45,321 nucleotides of DNA from Azolla caroliniana (lineage: Eukaryota; Plantae; Polypodiophyta): positions 1 to 45,321 of the forward strand of contig JBHGNT010000248.1 in the NCBI GenBank assembly GCA_043228905.1. The letters run 5' to 3'. Of the stretch, positions 10,376-23,100 are shown piece by piece. The notes under the pieces were generated by a model. That model was given only the letters and a program-made list of their open reading frames with translations. It ran no database searches and was not told the origin of the DNA. Each line of letters begins with the position of its first letter. Position 1 is the stretch's first letter. The translations under genes and the position numbers were made by a program.

Positions 10376-13300
10376 GTCACCTTGGGCAACGCCGGCCCGG
10401 AAGGGAAACGGTTATCCCTAGCAAGAGTGAAGTCGAGCTTGCTAGATGAGGAGGCGCGTCGAAAAGATAAGGATACGAGCTCCGACTCCAAAGCACTCCT
10501 TACCGAATCGGAACGCGGAAGACAAAGAAACCATAGCCCCCAGAACCGGGAAAAGTCGGGGACACGGTCAAAGTCAAGGGGGAGACCTACTTGCTTCTAT
10601 TGCGGCAAGGCGGGACACTTCCAGAAGAACTGTCAGCACTTCCGTAAAGACAAGGAAACCGACGGTACCGATTCGAAGCGGACACCGCACCGGAACGGTA
10701 AAGACCGGAGGGGAACGGACCGGAAGGGAACAACGGCAATCGCGGCAAGTGAAGAAGAGTTGATGCTCATCACCAAGGAGAGTGAGATAAACCTTGCCGG
10801 CGACGAGATGACCTGGGTGGTCAACTCCGGAGCGTCGTTCCACCTTACCCCGGACCGGAATTGCTTCTCATCCTACTCAGCCGGAGATCACGGCTGTGTC
10901 CAGATGGGGAATGAAGGTACATGCCGAATTGTCGGCATAGGAGACGTGTGGTTGACAACACCAACCGGATGCAAGCTGCTGCTGAAAGATGTCTGACACG
11001 TTCCAGAGGTTCGTCTGAACCTGATATCAGCCGGTCGGCTAGATGATGAAGGCTACACGGGTAGCATCCGAAACGGTGTTATGAAGTTCAGCAAAGGAAG
11101 CCTGATTGTGGCTCGCGCCTGGAAGGTCAATACATTGTACCTGATGAATGCCCGGTTATGTCCGGAGGAAGTCAACATGGCATCCGACACTGCCGGTGAG
11201 CTGTGGCACAAAAGGTTGTGTCACATGAGCGAGAAGGGGATGAAGAGGCTTGCAGACGACAACCTCATTCCAGTGAAGAACGTGCACTTTGAGAAGTGCA
11301 CTGATTGTCTGGCCAGTAAGCAAAACCGGACCTCCTTCCGACCAAGGCCACCGATGAGACGTAATGCACCACTGGAGTTGGTGCATACTGATGTGTGGCA
11401 AGTGGACACGAAGTCACATGCAGGATCGCAGTACTTCGTGACGTTCATAGATGACCACAGCCGAAAGTTGTGGGCCACACCGTTGAAGATGAAGGATCAG
11501 GTGTTATCCGTCTTCAAAGAGCTCCACGTGAGAGTGGAAAGAGAAACCGACCGGAAGCTGAAGGCGGTTCCAGCAGATAACGAAGGTGAATACCGGGGGC
11601 AGTTCGAGGAGTACTGTCGCTCAAAGGGAATCCGGCTCGAATTTACCGTGCCAAAGACGTCGGAACTAAATGGGCTGGCCGAGAGGATGAACCGGACCAT
11701 AATGGAGCGGGTCCGGAGTATGCTGGTGCATGCAAAACTACCCAAGAAGTTTTGGGCTGAGGCATTGTCGACGGCGACATATGTGATAAACAGATCACCC
11801 TCAGTACCCTTGGATGGAGACACGCCACAGAGAGTCTGGACCGGTAAGGAAGTGTCATGCCAGCATCTGAAGGTATTCGGATGTCTCGCGTACGTGCATG
11901 TAGCTAAGGACTGGAGAGGAAAGTTGGATCCAAAGACCCGACCATGCATATTCCTCAGTTATGGCGACGATGAGTTCGACTACCGAGTGTGGGACCTGGT
12001 CGACAAGAAGGTATTCCGGAGTCGAGATATTATCTTCATGGAGGACAAGATGCTCATCGACTGGGAGTCGGAGAAGAAGATAATGAACTCCGAGTCGACC
12101 GGTAAGGATCGATTCTATGATGAGCAGACCCAACCGGCAAGAAACCGGTTAGTACTCGAGGAACTAGCCGGTTACGGTGAGGATACTGAACTGGCAAAAG
12201 AAGAAATAGAGGAAGCTGAAACCGGAACCGGCCAAGACCCCGAATCGGATTCGGATGAAGAGCAAATGGAGGAGCCGGTTACCAAAGCCCAGAGACGGAG
12301 ATATCCTCTTAGAGAGAGAAGGGCCCCTTGGAGATTTCCGGATGCAGAGCATGTGCTGTTGACCAATGAGGGAGAGCCGGAAAGCTTCGAAGAAGCAAAG
12401 GATGACACCCACAGTCGCAAATGGTTAAGTGCCATGCAGGACGAGATGGATTCCCTGCATGAGAACCATACGTACGAACTAGTGGAGTTGCCGAAAGGAA
12501 AGCGGGCACTCCGAAACAAGTGGGTGTACAAGTTAAAACCGGGAGATGCCGGCAACCCCCGGAGATACAAAGCCAAGATCGTGGTGAAGGGGTTCCAACA
12601 GAAGAAGGGCGTGGACTTCGACGAGATATTTGCCCCGGTAGTAAAGATGACCTCCATCCGGACGGTGCTGAGTATAGCGGCAACCATGGACCTCGAGGTA
12701 GAGCAAATGGACGTGAAGACGGCATTCCTTCATGGTGACCTCGAAGTGGAGATCTACATGCAACAACCGGAAGGATTCGTGGAGAAAGGGAAGGAGCACC
12801 TGGTTTGCCGGTTGAAGAAGAGCTTGTACAGACTGAAGCAGGCTCCCCGACAATGGTACTGGAAGTTTGACTCCTTCATGGCCGATCAAGGGTACCACAA
12901 GATGCAGGCTGATCATTGCGTGTTTGTGAAGAAGTTCGAAGGAGACGACTTCCTGATACTCCTTCTGTATGTGGACGACATGTTGATCGTCGGACGGGAC
13001 CAAGCCAAAATACGGATGCTGAAGAAGGCCCTCAACCGGACCTTCTCAATGAAAGTCTCGGGTCCGGCAAGACAGATGCTGGGGATGCATATCATCCGGA
13101 ACCGGTCAATGAAGCAATTGTGGTTGTCACAGGAGAAGTACGTGACAAAGGTGCTTCAGCGGTTCAACATGTCAGATGCAAAACCGGTCGGATCGACACT
13201 TCCGGCAAACTGCAGACTATCCGGTAAGCAAAGCCCGAAGACGAAAGCAAAGAAGGCTGATATGATGAAGGTTCCATATGCCTCTACCGTCGGGAGCTTA

Positions 13301-13944
13301 ATGTACGCAATGGTGTGTACCTGACGGATATAGGATACGCAGTCGGAGTGGTGAGCCGGTTTATGAGCAATCCCGGCAAGGAGCACTAGAACGCAGTCAA
13401 ATGGATACTCCGGTACTTGAAGGGCACTTCGAACATGTGTCTCCGATTCGGCTCCGGAAAACCTCAACTTGACGGTTTTACCGATTCAGACATGTCGGCT
13501 GATGTGGATACCAGCCGGTCTACATCCGGGTATGTAATGACATACGCAGGAGGAGCTGTTTCATGGCAGTCCAGGTTGCAGAAGATGGTTGCGTTGTCAA
13601 CCACGGAGGCGGAGTACATGGCGGCTGTGGAAGCCGGCAAGGAAATATTATGGATGAAGGACTTCATCGAAGAGCTCGGTATCCGGCAAGATGAATACCG
13701 GCTTTATTGCGACAGTCAAAGTGCCATCTACCTTGCTAAGAATGCGGCCTACCATTCCCGGACGAAGCATATCCAGCGAAGGTATCACTGGATCTGGGAA
13801 AGAGTAGATGACCAAGAGTTCGTGCTGACGAAGATCCACACGGCCGAGAACGGGTCAGATATGCTGACCAAAGTACTGGTACCCGACAAGCTGGATGCAT
13901 GTCAGAAGTGGATCGGACTAGTAAGACATCCCATGCCGGAGTGA
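10376..13944 (+). pseudogene. Copia A gag C-terminus and pol (PR, INT, RT, RNase H)
   Basis: Resumes at VTLGNAGPEG; ORFs 10283-10996, 11081-13324 and 13417-13944 are separated by premature stops and a small deletion; protease motif altered to VNSG. Confidence 0.93.
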
Positions 13945-13954
13945 AGGGGGAGTT

Positions 13955-14666
13955 TGTTAGGAAACATGTACCTCCGGATGGGAAGTGAGAAGAACAGTAC
14001 TAATGGGAAGTGAGAAGAACGGATGTGGAAGACCCGGCTACGGAAGACCCGATGAGAACCGGATGACAAGTACCTAGCAAGAGCCGGATGGTGAAGACCC
14101 GGTGAGAACTGGATGTGGAGTACCCGGCAACGGAAGACTCGGTGAGAACCAGATGACATGTGCCCGGCAAGCGCCGGATGATGCAGGCCCGGTGAGGAGT
14201 GCTCATCGGATGAAGGGACATATTCGCAAATATGTTTCTGAGAGTCCATCGGGGCTATATTTTTAAATAGCCAGAAAGTCATATTAGTATAAATATGACT
14301 TAGGGCAAACTCAATAAAATGTTGTTGTCATTCTTGTTAGCGCAAGACTAGTGAGCGCATAACAATGCACAAAGAGTGAGAGAGAGAGAGAGAGAGGTCG
14401 TTGCCTATGTTGTAACCGCCACTTGTGGCAAAGATTGTGAGCGCGAGGTCGTTGCCTCCGTGAGCTCACTGTTGTAATCATTGTGATATAGTGACAGTTT
14501 GGAGTCTGTGGACTCTCGTGGTTTTTCCCTCTCAGGGTTTTCCACATTAAACATCCTGTGTACTCTTCTCTCCTTTGTGTTGTGTGTATTCATTCTCGTT
14601 TTCGGTGTTTGATCTTAGACTCGGTTGTAGCCAAGCGGTGTTCATCGAAGCGTGCAGTTCGCAACA
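13955..14666 (+). repeat. 3' LTR of Copia A
   Basis: Direct repeat of 3930-4650; PPT GAAGGGGGAG 13943-13952 upstream. Confidence 0.95.
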
Positions 14667-14909
14667 GTGTGGTCATCTTTCCTTGTACCCGTTTGATCAC
14701 ATGGCTCGTCCGGCGATCTCGAAAACTCGACGAGTTGTGATCAACGAAAGCCACCGACCTCACAAAAGGGGCAACGAGCCCTTGGTGGAGAACTAGTCTT
14801 GTCGTCAAGCAAATGTAGGGTCTTCTTTATCCCTACGTACTCCCTAGTCCAACACCCCTGTGGTACTGTCCAAGTAACACACACGCGCGAAATTTCGCGA
14901 CAACAGTTT

Positions 14910-15025
14910 GTTTCAAGAGTGTCCAAACCGAACCGTTTAAAAATTTCGAAACCTAAACCGAACTGTTAGGTCAAAATCCAAACCATTAAACCATTAAACC
15001 AATAAAACCACGTTTTCATGGTTCA
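14910..15025. mobile_element. Possible end remnant of a hAT-type DNA transposon or MITE
   Basis: Cluster of AAACCG(AAC)/TAAACCA motifs after CAAGAGTGTCC, resembling hAT subterminal repeats; no second end or TSD seen. Confidence 0.35.
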
Positions 15026-15049
15026 ATTTTTGTTTTCAACTTAGGTCAA

Positions 15050-15082
15050 ATTCTTACTCAAAAATGTCATCTATCAGTACGG
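15050..15082 (+). pseudogene. Old Gypsy integrase fragment (left flank of Gypsy B)
   Basis: Reads FLLKNVIYQYG and joins in frame to CVGKIVADRGEL at 34997 onward once Gypsy B and one ACGG copy are removed. Confidence 0.75.
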
Positions 15083-15722
15083 TGTCATGAAGAAAACCGT
15101 CCACAAGCGGAATCGGTGCGCCGGAGCATAGGAACCGGCTCTTCATGCACGCACGCCTTGTGTTGTACATAGGAGAGAATTAGGGACATGGGAGATCCTA
15201 GGTAGGTGGATTTAGTGGGTAGGAAGTAAAGGGGAAATGGCTCCTTCCTTGCCTATAAAAGGAGGGAGACGAGGAGGGCGAAGGGATCGCGGAGAGTCTA
15301 GGACGAAGTGTTGTCGGTTTGTGGGGGAAGGCTTCTCTCTCTCTCTGGCTCGCAAACTCCGTGGCCACTTTCTGTGCAGGTTTCGGGAGGCTCGCGCTGC
15401 TCTGAGGAATGCCCGAGTGCTTCCGGCAGCACCTCCAACCTACTCTTTCTTTCTGTGCGTTTACGAACAGGCATCGGCATCTGTTCGCCGGCCTGTTCGG
15501 TTGTAACCGACTTAGTGCTTCTTGTTGTTGTCTTTGTTAATACATACATACATTTGTGTCTCTCTGTGTCGCTGTCCCACTCGCGTCTTTGTGTCGAAGG
15601 GCCGTGTCCCTGTGAATCTACGCTCGCACGTAGTGGGTCTCTTCTCCTTTCTCTCTTGCTCTTTGGTACAGGACCCCCGAGGTCCCGCCTCATTCCACGC
15701 ATCCGCGAGGAATACCTCGACA
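15083..15722 (+). repeat. 5' LTR of Gypsy B
   Basis: TGTCATGAAGAA...CTCGACA; TATA box CCTATAAAAGG near 15252; matches the split 3' LTR. Confidence 0.95.
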
Positions 15723-15725
15723 TCT

Positions 15726-15743
15726 TGGTGAACCCGACGTGAA
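15726..15743 (+). promoter_or_regulatory. PBS complementary to tRNA-Trp
   Basis: TGGTGAACCCGACGTGAA is the reverse complement of the plant cytosolic tRNA-Trp 3' end as I recall it (...TTCACGTCGGGTTCACCA); identical at 37934-37951. Confidence 0.88.
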
Positions 15744-15765
15744 GGAGGCGGCAGAAGAGCAGAAG

Positions 15766-17891
15766 ATGAAGGGGTCGGATCTTGCGGAGGCCATGGCTTC
15801 GGCAGTGGATCGGATATTGAGCGCACGCGAGGGCACCGGCGCCCTCGACAGAGCCATTGAGGCGGTCGTCGGTACGATCGGCCGGTTCAGCGGAAAGGAC
15901 GCCACGAAGTATTTGGCGTCCTACGGGGCAGAAATGCTGATGCGGGACATTCCGGAAGAGAGGCGTCTTGCCGGGTTCCCTCGAGTGGCGATGCCGAGCA
16001 TCCATGCGGAGGTGCTCGAGGTGCGGGCGGAGAGCCGTACCTGGGAGGAGTTCGAAGGTCGACTCCTAGAAAAATACGGGCTGGACGACACGCTCCGGCT
16101 TTTGAAACGGGACTTCATGGAATGGGTGGAGTCCCCCAGCAAGGGAAGAAACGCGTCGGCACTCCTCCGGGAGTTCGAAGAACGCTTTGCGCGCCTTTCG
16201 GTGCTTGACCGAACCGTTCTAGATATGAGCCGGGTCCTACTGTTCGTCAAGTCGGTGGACGAGCGGGACCAGGACCAAGTCAGCTCCTTGCTGGAAACCG
16301 AAGACGGGCTGACAATCGACTGGGCTGCGGTTAAGAGAGTCTGTGGCCGTTTCGACAAACGGCGAGAATGGGCTGACAACAGGGCGGCTGGTGCGGGCTC
16401 TGTCACAGCAAGGAGGCTTGAACCGGCACCGCAAGGGCGAAGGGAAGAAACCCGGGAATGGCTCGAAACCGGTCCGGCTTCGACCGGCATGGTCAGTGGC
16501 TCGTCCGGAGGAGCAACGCTGGAGGAGTTGACGCGGGCGATAAAGGATCTCCAGATCGCCCAGACTCGAAGGGAAGGCGGCGAACCGGCTCGTGACCGAC
16601 GGCCGGTAGCAGGGAACAGGTGCATGTGGTGCGACGAGGTCGGCCACATCCGGAAGGACTGTGGCGATTTCGCAGAAGCGTTGAGGAACCGGGTGGTGTA
16701 CCTGTGGGAAGGCCGGGTGCATGCCGGTGACACCAGAAGGGCCCTAAACCGAAACGACGGGCGAGGAGGAATGAAGAGACTGATGGAAGAGGCAGCGGCC
16801 CGACATGTGGAGGCCATCCACTACTCGGCGTCGGCCGGCATTCGGGTCAGGGGCAGCGAGGCCGAAAGGAGGGCAAAGACGGATTCTGGTCGGCAATGCT
16901 GGAAGGTCTTGCCGACGCACGTCTAAGGAAAGATGAAACGGACCGCGCTGAGAGACGGGTCCTGGAAATAACCGGGTGGAGCGATCCAGTCGAGGAGAAG
17001 ACAGGCTTCGTAGAAGCCGCCTGCCGGAACTACGAGGCTCTGGTAGAAGACAAACGAGTGGGGAAAGCCGGAGCGGTCGGGCCCTCACAACGGTACGAGA
17101 CCCGATTCGGGCAACGACGGAACGATGCCGGTGGGTCCAGCTCGCAAGATAACCCCAGGAAGGGCGGATACCGACTGGGGACGGAAATAGAAAGGACTAC
17201 GGACCTACGAAAGGTCCTAGAAGAACGGATCCTCGACAGCAAAGTGGAGCTGTCATTGCGAGAGGTGCTAGGGATCGCCAAGAAGGAGTTCCACGACTCC
17301 ATTGTGGACCTGGTGAAACGGAAGAGGCTGTCGACGGAGACGGAACTGGAAAGACCGGTGGAGGTGCGGACGACGCACATCGACAACATGGCGCTGAGAG
17401 ATGAGTGGGCGGAGAGCCACTATTCAAGGCCGCACTAGGCCCGAGCGACCACGGAGACCCCGGTAAAGATCGGAGATGTTCAGGAACCGGTGGTGGCATT
17501 GGTGGACCACGGTTCGGAAATAAACCTGATGTCCATGGACTTCTATAAAAAGGGAAAGTGGCCGATCAACACCAAGCATGGGTGGAAGATACGGGCGGCG
17601 ATGCGCGCCACCGAGGAACTACACGGGGCCTGCCCGAACGTGTGAGTCAAGATTGGCGACGTCAAGATTGACCAGTACGTCTTCGTACAAGAGACGTCCT
17701 CGCACCCGGTCATATTAGGGGAACCGTACATCACAGCGGCACGAATGGAGACCAAAGTGTTGGACAACGGTTCGGCCTACGCGAGGGTCAAGAGCCAAGA
17801 CGGGCGCCATTCGGTCCAATTTCTGACGGTGCGGCCGAACCACGAGCGAAACCGCGAATCCCTCGGTGGCGAGAACCGAGAGGATTTTTAG
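15766..17891 (+). pseudogene. Gypsy B ORF1: gag plus aspartic protease
   Basis: Zinc knuckle CMWCDEVGHIRKDC; protease VALVDHGSEINLM...VILGEPY; frameshift near 16880; stops at 17436 and near 17643; ends ..NREDF*. Confidence 0.88.
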
Positions 17892-19338
17892 AGAGGGCTG
17901 CCGAGGCGTGGGGCCGAGACAGTCCGGACACTCGGGAAGGACCCCATAGCTGTACGATAGAACCGAAACCGAAGAAACCTTGTACGATAGGTAAAAAATT
18001 CTGCTTCTCCAACAACGGAGGGCGTATGATAGTTAGCATCGTTGGCCGAGAAAGGATAAGGGCGGAGGAGCGACTTCGAGCGTGCGGAGTTCTCGGCCCG
18101 GACGAGGAAATCAGCGGAGCTGTGGAGGCGGTCTCCTTCGACGACACCTTGGGTATGCTGAGGAAGGTAGCCGGAGAAGACCTTAACGAAGACCGGACGA
18201 TACCGGTATGTTCCGAAGAGATGTACGAAGTCATCTCGAGCTTCAGTCAGGGGCTCGGGTCGGACCGGGTTAGCACGAAGTACAAGACTGTGGACCTGAA
18301 GGTAAGGCCCGTCGCGGCACCCTTACCGGAGGGCAGCGAGTCCCGAATCAGAGGGGTTGCGTCGGACCCCAGTTTGTGAGATCCGGTCTGCATAGGACAC
18401 ACCTTCACCGACGGGACGCTCCGGGAGCTCAAAATCGGTGGGGGCGGGTTCCTACTGCCGGCAGAGGAAGACCGGTTTCGGAGAATGGTCGGAAGGCACG
18501 GAAAAGCCTTCGCATTCTCACCGGAAGAGATCATGTGCGTAGACCCAACAATCGTGGAGCCGATGGTGATATTCACAGTACCGCATGTACCGTGGAATCT
18601 CAAGCCGATTCCGGTACCAAGAGCTCACATCCCGAAGTTGATGGAGCTACTGAGGCAGAAAGTCGATATGGGCATTCTCAAACCGTCGAGTGCCCCATAC
18701 GCGAACCGATGGTTTACCGTACCCAAGAAAAACGGAACATTGCGCTTCATTCAAGACCTGCAGCCGGTCAACAGAGTGACCATTCGGAACGCAGGAATCG
18801 GACCGACCATAGACGAGTTCGCGGAGGCCTTCGCCGAAAGGTCGATTTACTCGGTCGGTGATCTATACTCGGGGTACGACCAGTTCCAGCTAGCCGTGGA
18901 GAGCAGAGACATTACGACGATGCGAACTCCCCTCGGCCTAGTGCGAATGTGTACCCTACCACAAGGAGGGACCAACTCGGTGGCCCACTTGGTGAATGCA
19001 ATGAACAAGGTACTGAGGGATTGCATCCCGGACATCACCATGCCATTTCTGGACGACATCCCGATAAAGGGGTGCCCGGTGGAAGAGAAGGACGAGACAG
19101 TCGGGCCGGATGGATGCCGGCGATTCGTGGTAACACACATCGACGACTGCGAGAAGGTGCTACAAAGGCTAGAGGATGCGAGGCTCACCTTCTCCGGGGA
19201 GAAATCGGCCTTCGGGCAATCAAAAATCCTGGTGGTCGGACACCTGTGTGGACCGTATGGCCAGAAGCCGTCTCCGGCAAAAGTAGAAGCCATCTCCGCG
19301 ATGAAGACCGACTGTAGCTCGGTTACGGAAGTTCGGAG
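17882..19338 (+). pseudogene. Gypsy B ORF2, 5' part: linker plus reverse transcriptase
   Basis: Frame is -1 relative to the protease; KYKTVDLKVRPV, DLYSGYDQF, LPQG, PFLDDI; CGA>TGA stop at 18377; interrupted by Copia C. Confidence 0.9.
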
Positions 19339-20149
19339 TGTTGAAAAACCCGCTCGGCCACAACCGAGGAAAAGGATCAACTCTCAGAAAACGGGAAATG
19401 CAAAATGCACGAAGACAATAGAGAGAGAGGTACACAGGATGTTTTACGTGGAAAACCCTAAATGGGAAAAACCACGGGAGTCCTCAAACTCCAACTGTCA
19501 CTATAAACAGAGATGTACAATGGTGAAGCTACAAGGCAACAACCTTGAGCTCACTATCTTCGCCACAGGCGGCGGTAATACACAGAGGCCACGACCTCTT
19601 CGTCTCTCTCTCTCTCTCTCTCTCGGCTGCTCACCTCACTCCCTCTAAGTGGAAAAACAGAAAAATATGAGCAGCAACTTTTCAGCAACTACAAACAGTT
19701 TGCCCTAAGTCATATTTATACACATATGACTTTCGGGCTATTTACAAATATAGCCTCAAGGGCCCTTGGCAAACATATTCACAAATATGTCCCCGCATCC
19801 GGATCTCTCTCCGGGTACATACATCATCCGGCTCCGTAGCCGGGTCTTCGTCATCCGGCTCCGTAGCCGGGTCTTCATCATCCGGCTCCGTAGCCGGGGT
19901 CTTCGTCATCCGGCTCCGTAGCCGGGTCTTCATCATCCGGCTCCGTAGCCGGGTCTTCATCATCCGGCTCCGTAGCCGGGGTCTACATCATCCGGCTCCG
20001 TAGCCGGGTACTCTTCATCCGGCTTCATGCCGGGTACTCTTCATCCGGCTTCATGCCGGGTACTCTTCATCCTCCGGTTCCGTAACCGCAACCGGGCTTG
20101 CCGTCATTCATCTCCGGACATCCCATCCGGAGGGACCGATATCCCAACA
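19339..20149 (-). repeat. 3' LTR of Copia C with a 27-bp tandem repeat (about 7 copies)
   Basis: Unit TCATCCGGCTCCGTAGCCGGGTCTTCR at 19824, 19851, 19878, 19906, 19933, 19960 and 19988. Confidence 0.95.
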
Positions 20150-20159
20150 AACTCCCCCT

Positions 20160-23100
20160 TCACTTCGGCATGGGATGTCTCTCCAATCCGATCCTCTTCC
20201 GGCATGCTTCCAGCTTGTCGGGTGTGAGCACTTTGGTCAGCATATCTGAGCCGTTTTCGTCCGTGTGGATCTTCGTCAGCACGAACTCCTGGTCTTCTAT
20301 CCTTTCCCGGATCCAGTGATATCTTCGCTGGATGTGCTTCGTCCGGGAGTGATAGGCCGCGTTCTTCGCAAGGTGGATGGCACTCTGACTATCGCAGTAG
20401 AGTCGGTACTCCTCCTGCCGGATACCGAGCTCTCTAATGAAGTCCTTCATCCATATTATTTCCTTGCCGGCTTCAACAGCCGCCATGTACTCCGCCTCCG
20501 TGGTTGACAACGCAACCGTCTTCTGCAGCCTCGACTGCCACGAAACAGCTCCCCCTGCATACGTCATCACATACCCTGATGTGGACCGGCTGGTATCTGC
20601 ATCAGCCGACATATCCGAATCGGTAAAGCCGTCGAGTTCGGGCTTACCGGAGCCGAATCGGAGGCACACGTTTGCCGTGCCCTTCAGGTATCGGAGTATC
20701 CACTTGACCGCGTTCCAGTGCTCTTTTCCGGGATTGCTCATGTACCGGCTCACCACTCCGACTGCATATCCTATGTCCGGTCTTGTACACACCATTGCGT
20801 ACATCAAGCTTCCGACGGCAGAGGCATATGGCACTTTCATCATGTCCTCCTTCTCAGCCTTTGTCTTGGGGCTTTGCTTGCTGGACAACTTGCAGTTTGC
20901 CGGGAGGGTCGATCCGACCGGTCTTGCTTCCGACATGTTGAACCGTTGAAGCACCTTTGTCACGTACTTCTCCTGTGACAGCCACAACTGCTTCTTCTTC
21001 CGGTCCCGGATGATGTGCATCCCTAGTATTTGCCTCGCCGGACCCAGGTCTTTCATTGAGAAGGTTCGGTGAAGAGCCTTCTTCAGCATCCGTATCTTGA
21101 CCTGGTCCCGTCCGACGATCAACATGTCGTCCACGTACAGGAGGAGTATTAGAGAGTCTCCTCCGTCGAACTTCTTCACAAACACGCAGTGGTCGGACTG
21201 CGTTTTGTGGTACCCTTCATCGGTCATGAAGGAGTCAAACTTTCGGTACCACTGCCGGGGAGCCTGCTTCAAACCATAAAGGCTCTTCTTCAACCGGCAT
21301 ACCAAGTGCTCCTTCTCTTTCTTCTCGAATCCTTCCGGTTGCTGCATGTATATCTCTTCTTCGAGGTCACCGTGAAGGAATGCCGTCTTCACGTCCATCT
21401 GTTCTACCTCGAGGTCCATGCTTGCCGCTATGCTCAGCACCGTCCGGATGGAGGTCATCTTCACTACCGGGGCAAATATCTCGTCGAAGTCGACGCCCTT
21501 CTTCTGCTGAAACCCCTTCACCACGATCCTGGCTTTGTATCTCGGGGGGGTTTCGGCATCTCCCGGTTTCAGCTTGAACACCCACTTGTTACGGAGTGCC
21601 CGTTTTCCTTTCGGCAGCTCCACAAGTTCATATGTGTGGTTCTCATGCAGGGAATCCATCTCCTCCTGCATGGCACTTAACCACCTGCGGCTATGGGTGT
21701 CATGCTTCGCTTCTTCAAAGCTCTCCGGCTCCCCCTCGTCGGTTAGCAGCACGTGCTCTGGTTCCGGAAATCTCCGGGGGGGCCTTCTCTCTCTTAGAGG
21801 ATATCTCCGTTCCGGAGCTTCGGTAACCGGTTCTTCCGATTCTTCTTCGTCCGAATCCATTTCGGGATCGGGGCCGGTTTTCCGGTATCGTTTTCATCTT
21901 CTTCGGCCGGTTCTGTTTCTTCACCGTCTTCGGCTGGATCCTCGAGTGCTAACCGGTCCCTTGCCGGTCGGGACTGCTCCTCGTAGAGTTGATCCTCACC
22001 GGTCGACTTGGAGCTCTTCATCTTCTTCTCCGACTCCCAGTCGGCGAGTGTCTTGTTCTCCATGAAGATGATATCACGACTCCGGAATATCTTCTTGTCG
22101 ACCGGGTCCCATACTCGGTAGCCGAACTCGTCGTTGCCGTAACCGAGGAATATGCATGGCCGGGTCTTTGGATCTAGCTTTCCTCTCCGGTCCTTTGCCA
22201 CATGTACATACACTAGACACCCGAACACCTTCAGATGCCGGTAGGACACTTCCTTACCGGTCCACACTCTCTGCGGCGTGTCTCCGTCCAAAGGTACTGA
22301 GGGTGATCTGTTTATCACGTATGTCGCCGTCGACATTGCCTCAGCCCAAAACCCCTTGGGTAATTTCGCATGCGCCAGCATACTCCGGACCCTCTCCATT
22401 ATGGTCCGGTTCATCCTCTCGGCCAGCCCGTTCAGTTCCGGCGTCTTCGGCACAGTAAACTCGAGCCGGATTCCCTTCGAGCGACAGTACTCCTGGAACT
22501 GCCCCCGGTATTCCCCTCCGTTATCCGCTCGTATCGCTTTCAGCTTCTTGCCGGATTCCCTTTCCACTCTCGCGTGGAGTTCTTTGAAGACGGACAATAC
22601 TTGGTCCTTTGTCTTCAACGGTGCCGTCCACAGCTTCCGGCTGTGGTCATCAATGAATGTCACGAAGTACTGGGCTCCGCCATGTGACTTCGTTTCTACT
22701 TGACACACGTCAGTGTGCACCAGCTCCAATGGTGCGCTACGTCTCGTCGGTGGCCTTGAGTGGAAGGAGGTCCGGTTTTGCTTACCGGCCAGACAGTCGG
22801 TGCACTTCTCCAGGTGCACATGCTTCACTGGAATAAGGTTGTCTTCTGCAAGCCTCTTCATCCCCTTCTCACTCATGTGGCACAGTCTCTTGTGCCATAG
22901 CTCACCGGCAGTGTCAGCTGCCACGTTCAGCTCCTCCGGACATAGCCGGGAATTCATCAGGTACAGTGTGTTGACTTTCCGGGCCCGAGCCACTATCAGG
23001 CTCCCTTTGCTGAACTTCATGACACCGTTCCGGATGCTACCCGTGTAGCCTTCATCGTCTAGCCTCCCGGCCGAAATCAGGTTCAATCGAACCTCCGGAA

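Larger units (their letters stand above)
3930..14666 (+). mobile_element. Ty1/Copia LTR retrotransposon A (Tnt1/Tto1-like), interrupted by Copia A2
   Basis: LTRs 3930-4650 and 13955-14666 (TG...CA); TSD GTGTG at 3925-3929 and 14667-14671; PBS and PPT present; gag-PR-INT-RT-RH domain order. Confidence 0.97.
2147..14905 (+). mobile_element. Long LTR-like segment split by Copia A (parts 2147-3929 and 14672-14905)
   Basis: Starts TGTTAT where integrase similarity stops; CCTATAAAAGGAGG TATA near 2303; ends in CTCCCTAGTCCAA...CACACGCGCG...CGCGACAACA, resembling other LTR 3' ends in the window (35870-35938, 36155-36214). No TSD found and boundaries are approximate. Confidence 0.5.

Noticed and set aside
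15298-16817. Long antisense ORFs (235 aa and 298 aa) opposite the Gypsy B LTR and gag
   Set aside because: Shadow ORFs of GC-rich coding sequence with no recognisable domain.
19742-19963. Repetitive peptide ORFs (ATEPDDEDP)n, also (ER)n at 36897-37226
   Set aside because: Translations of LTR tandem repeats and a microsatellite, not genes.
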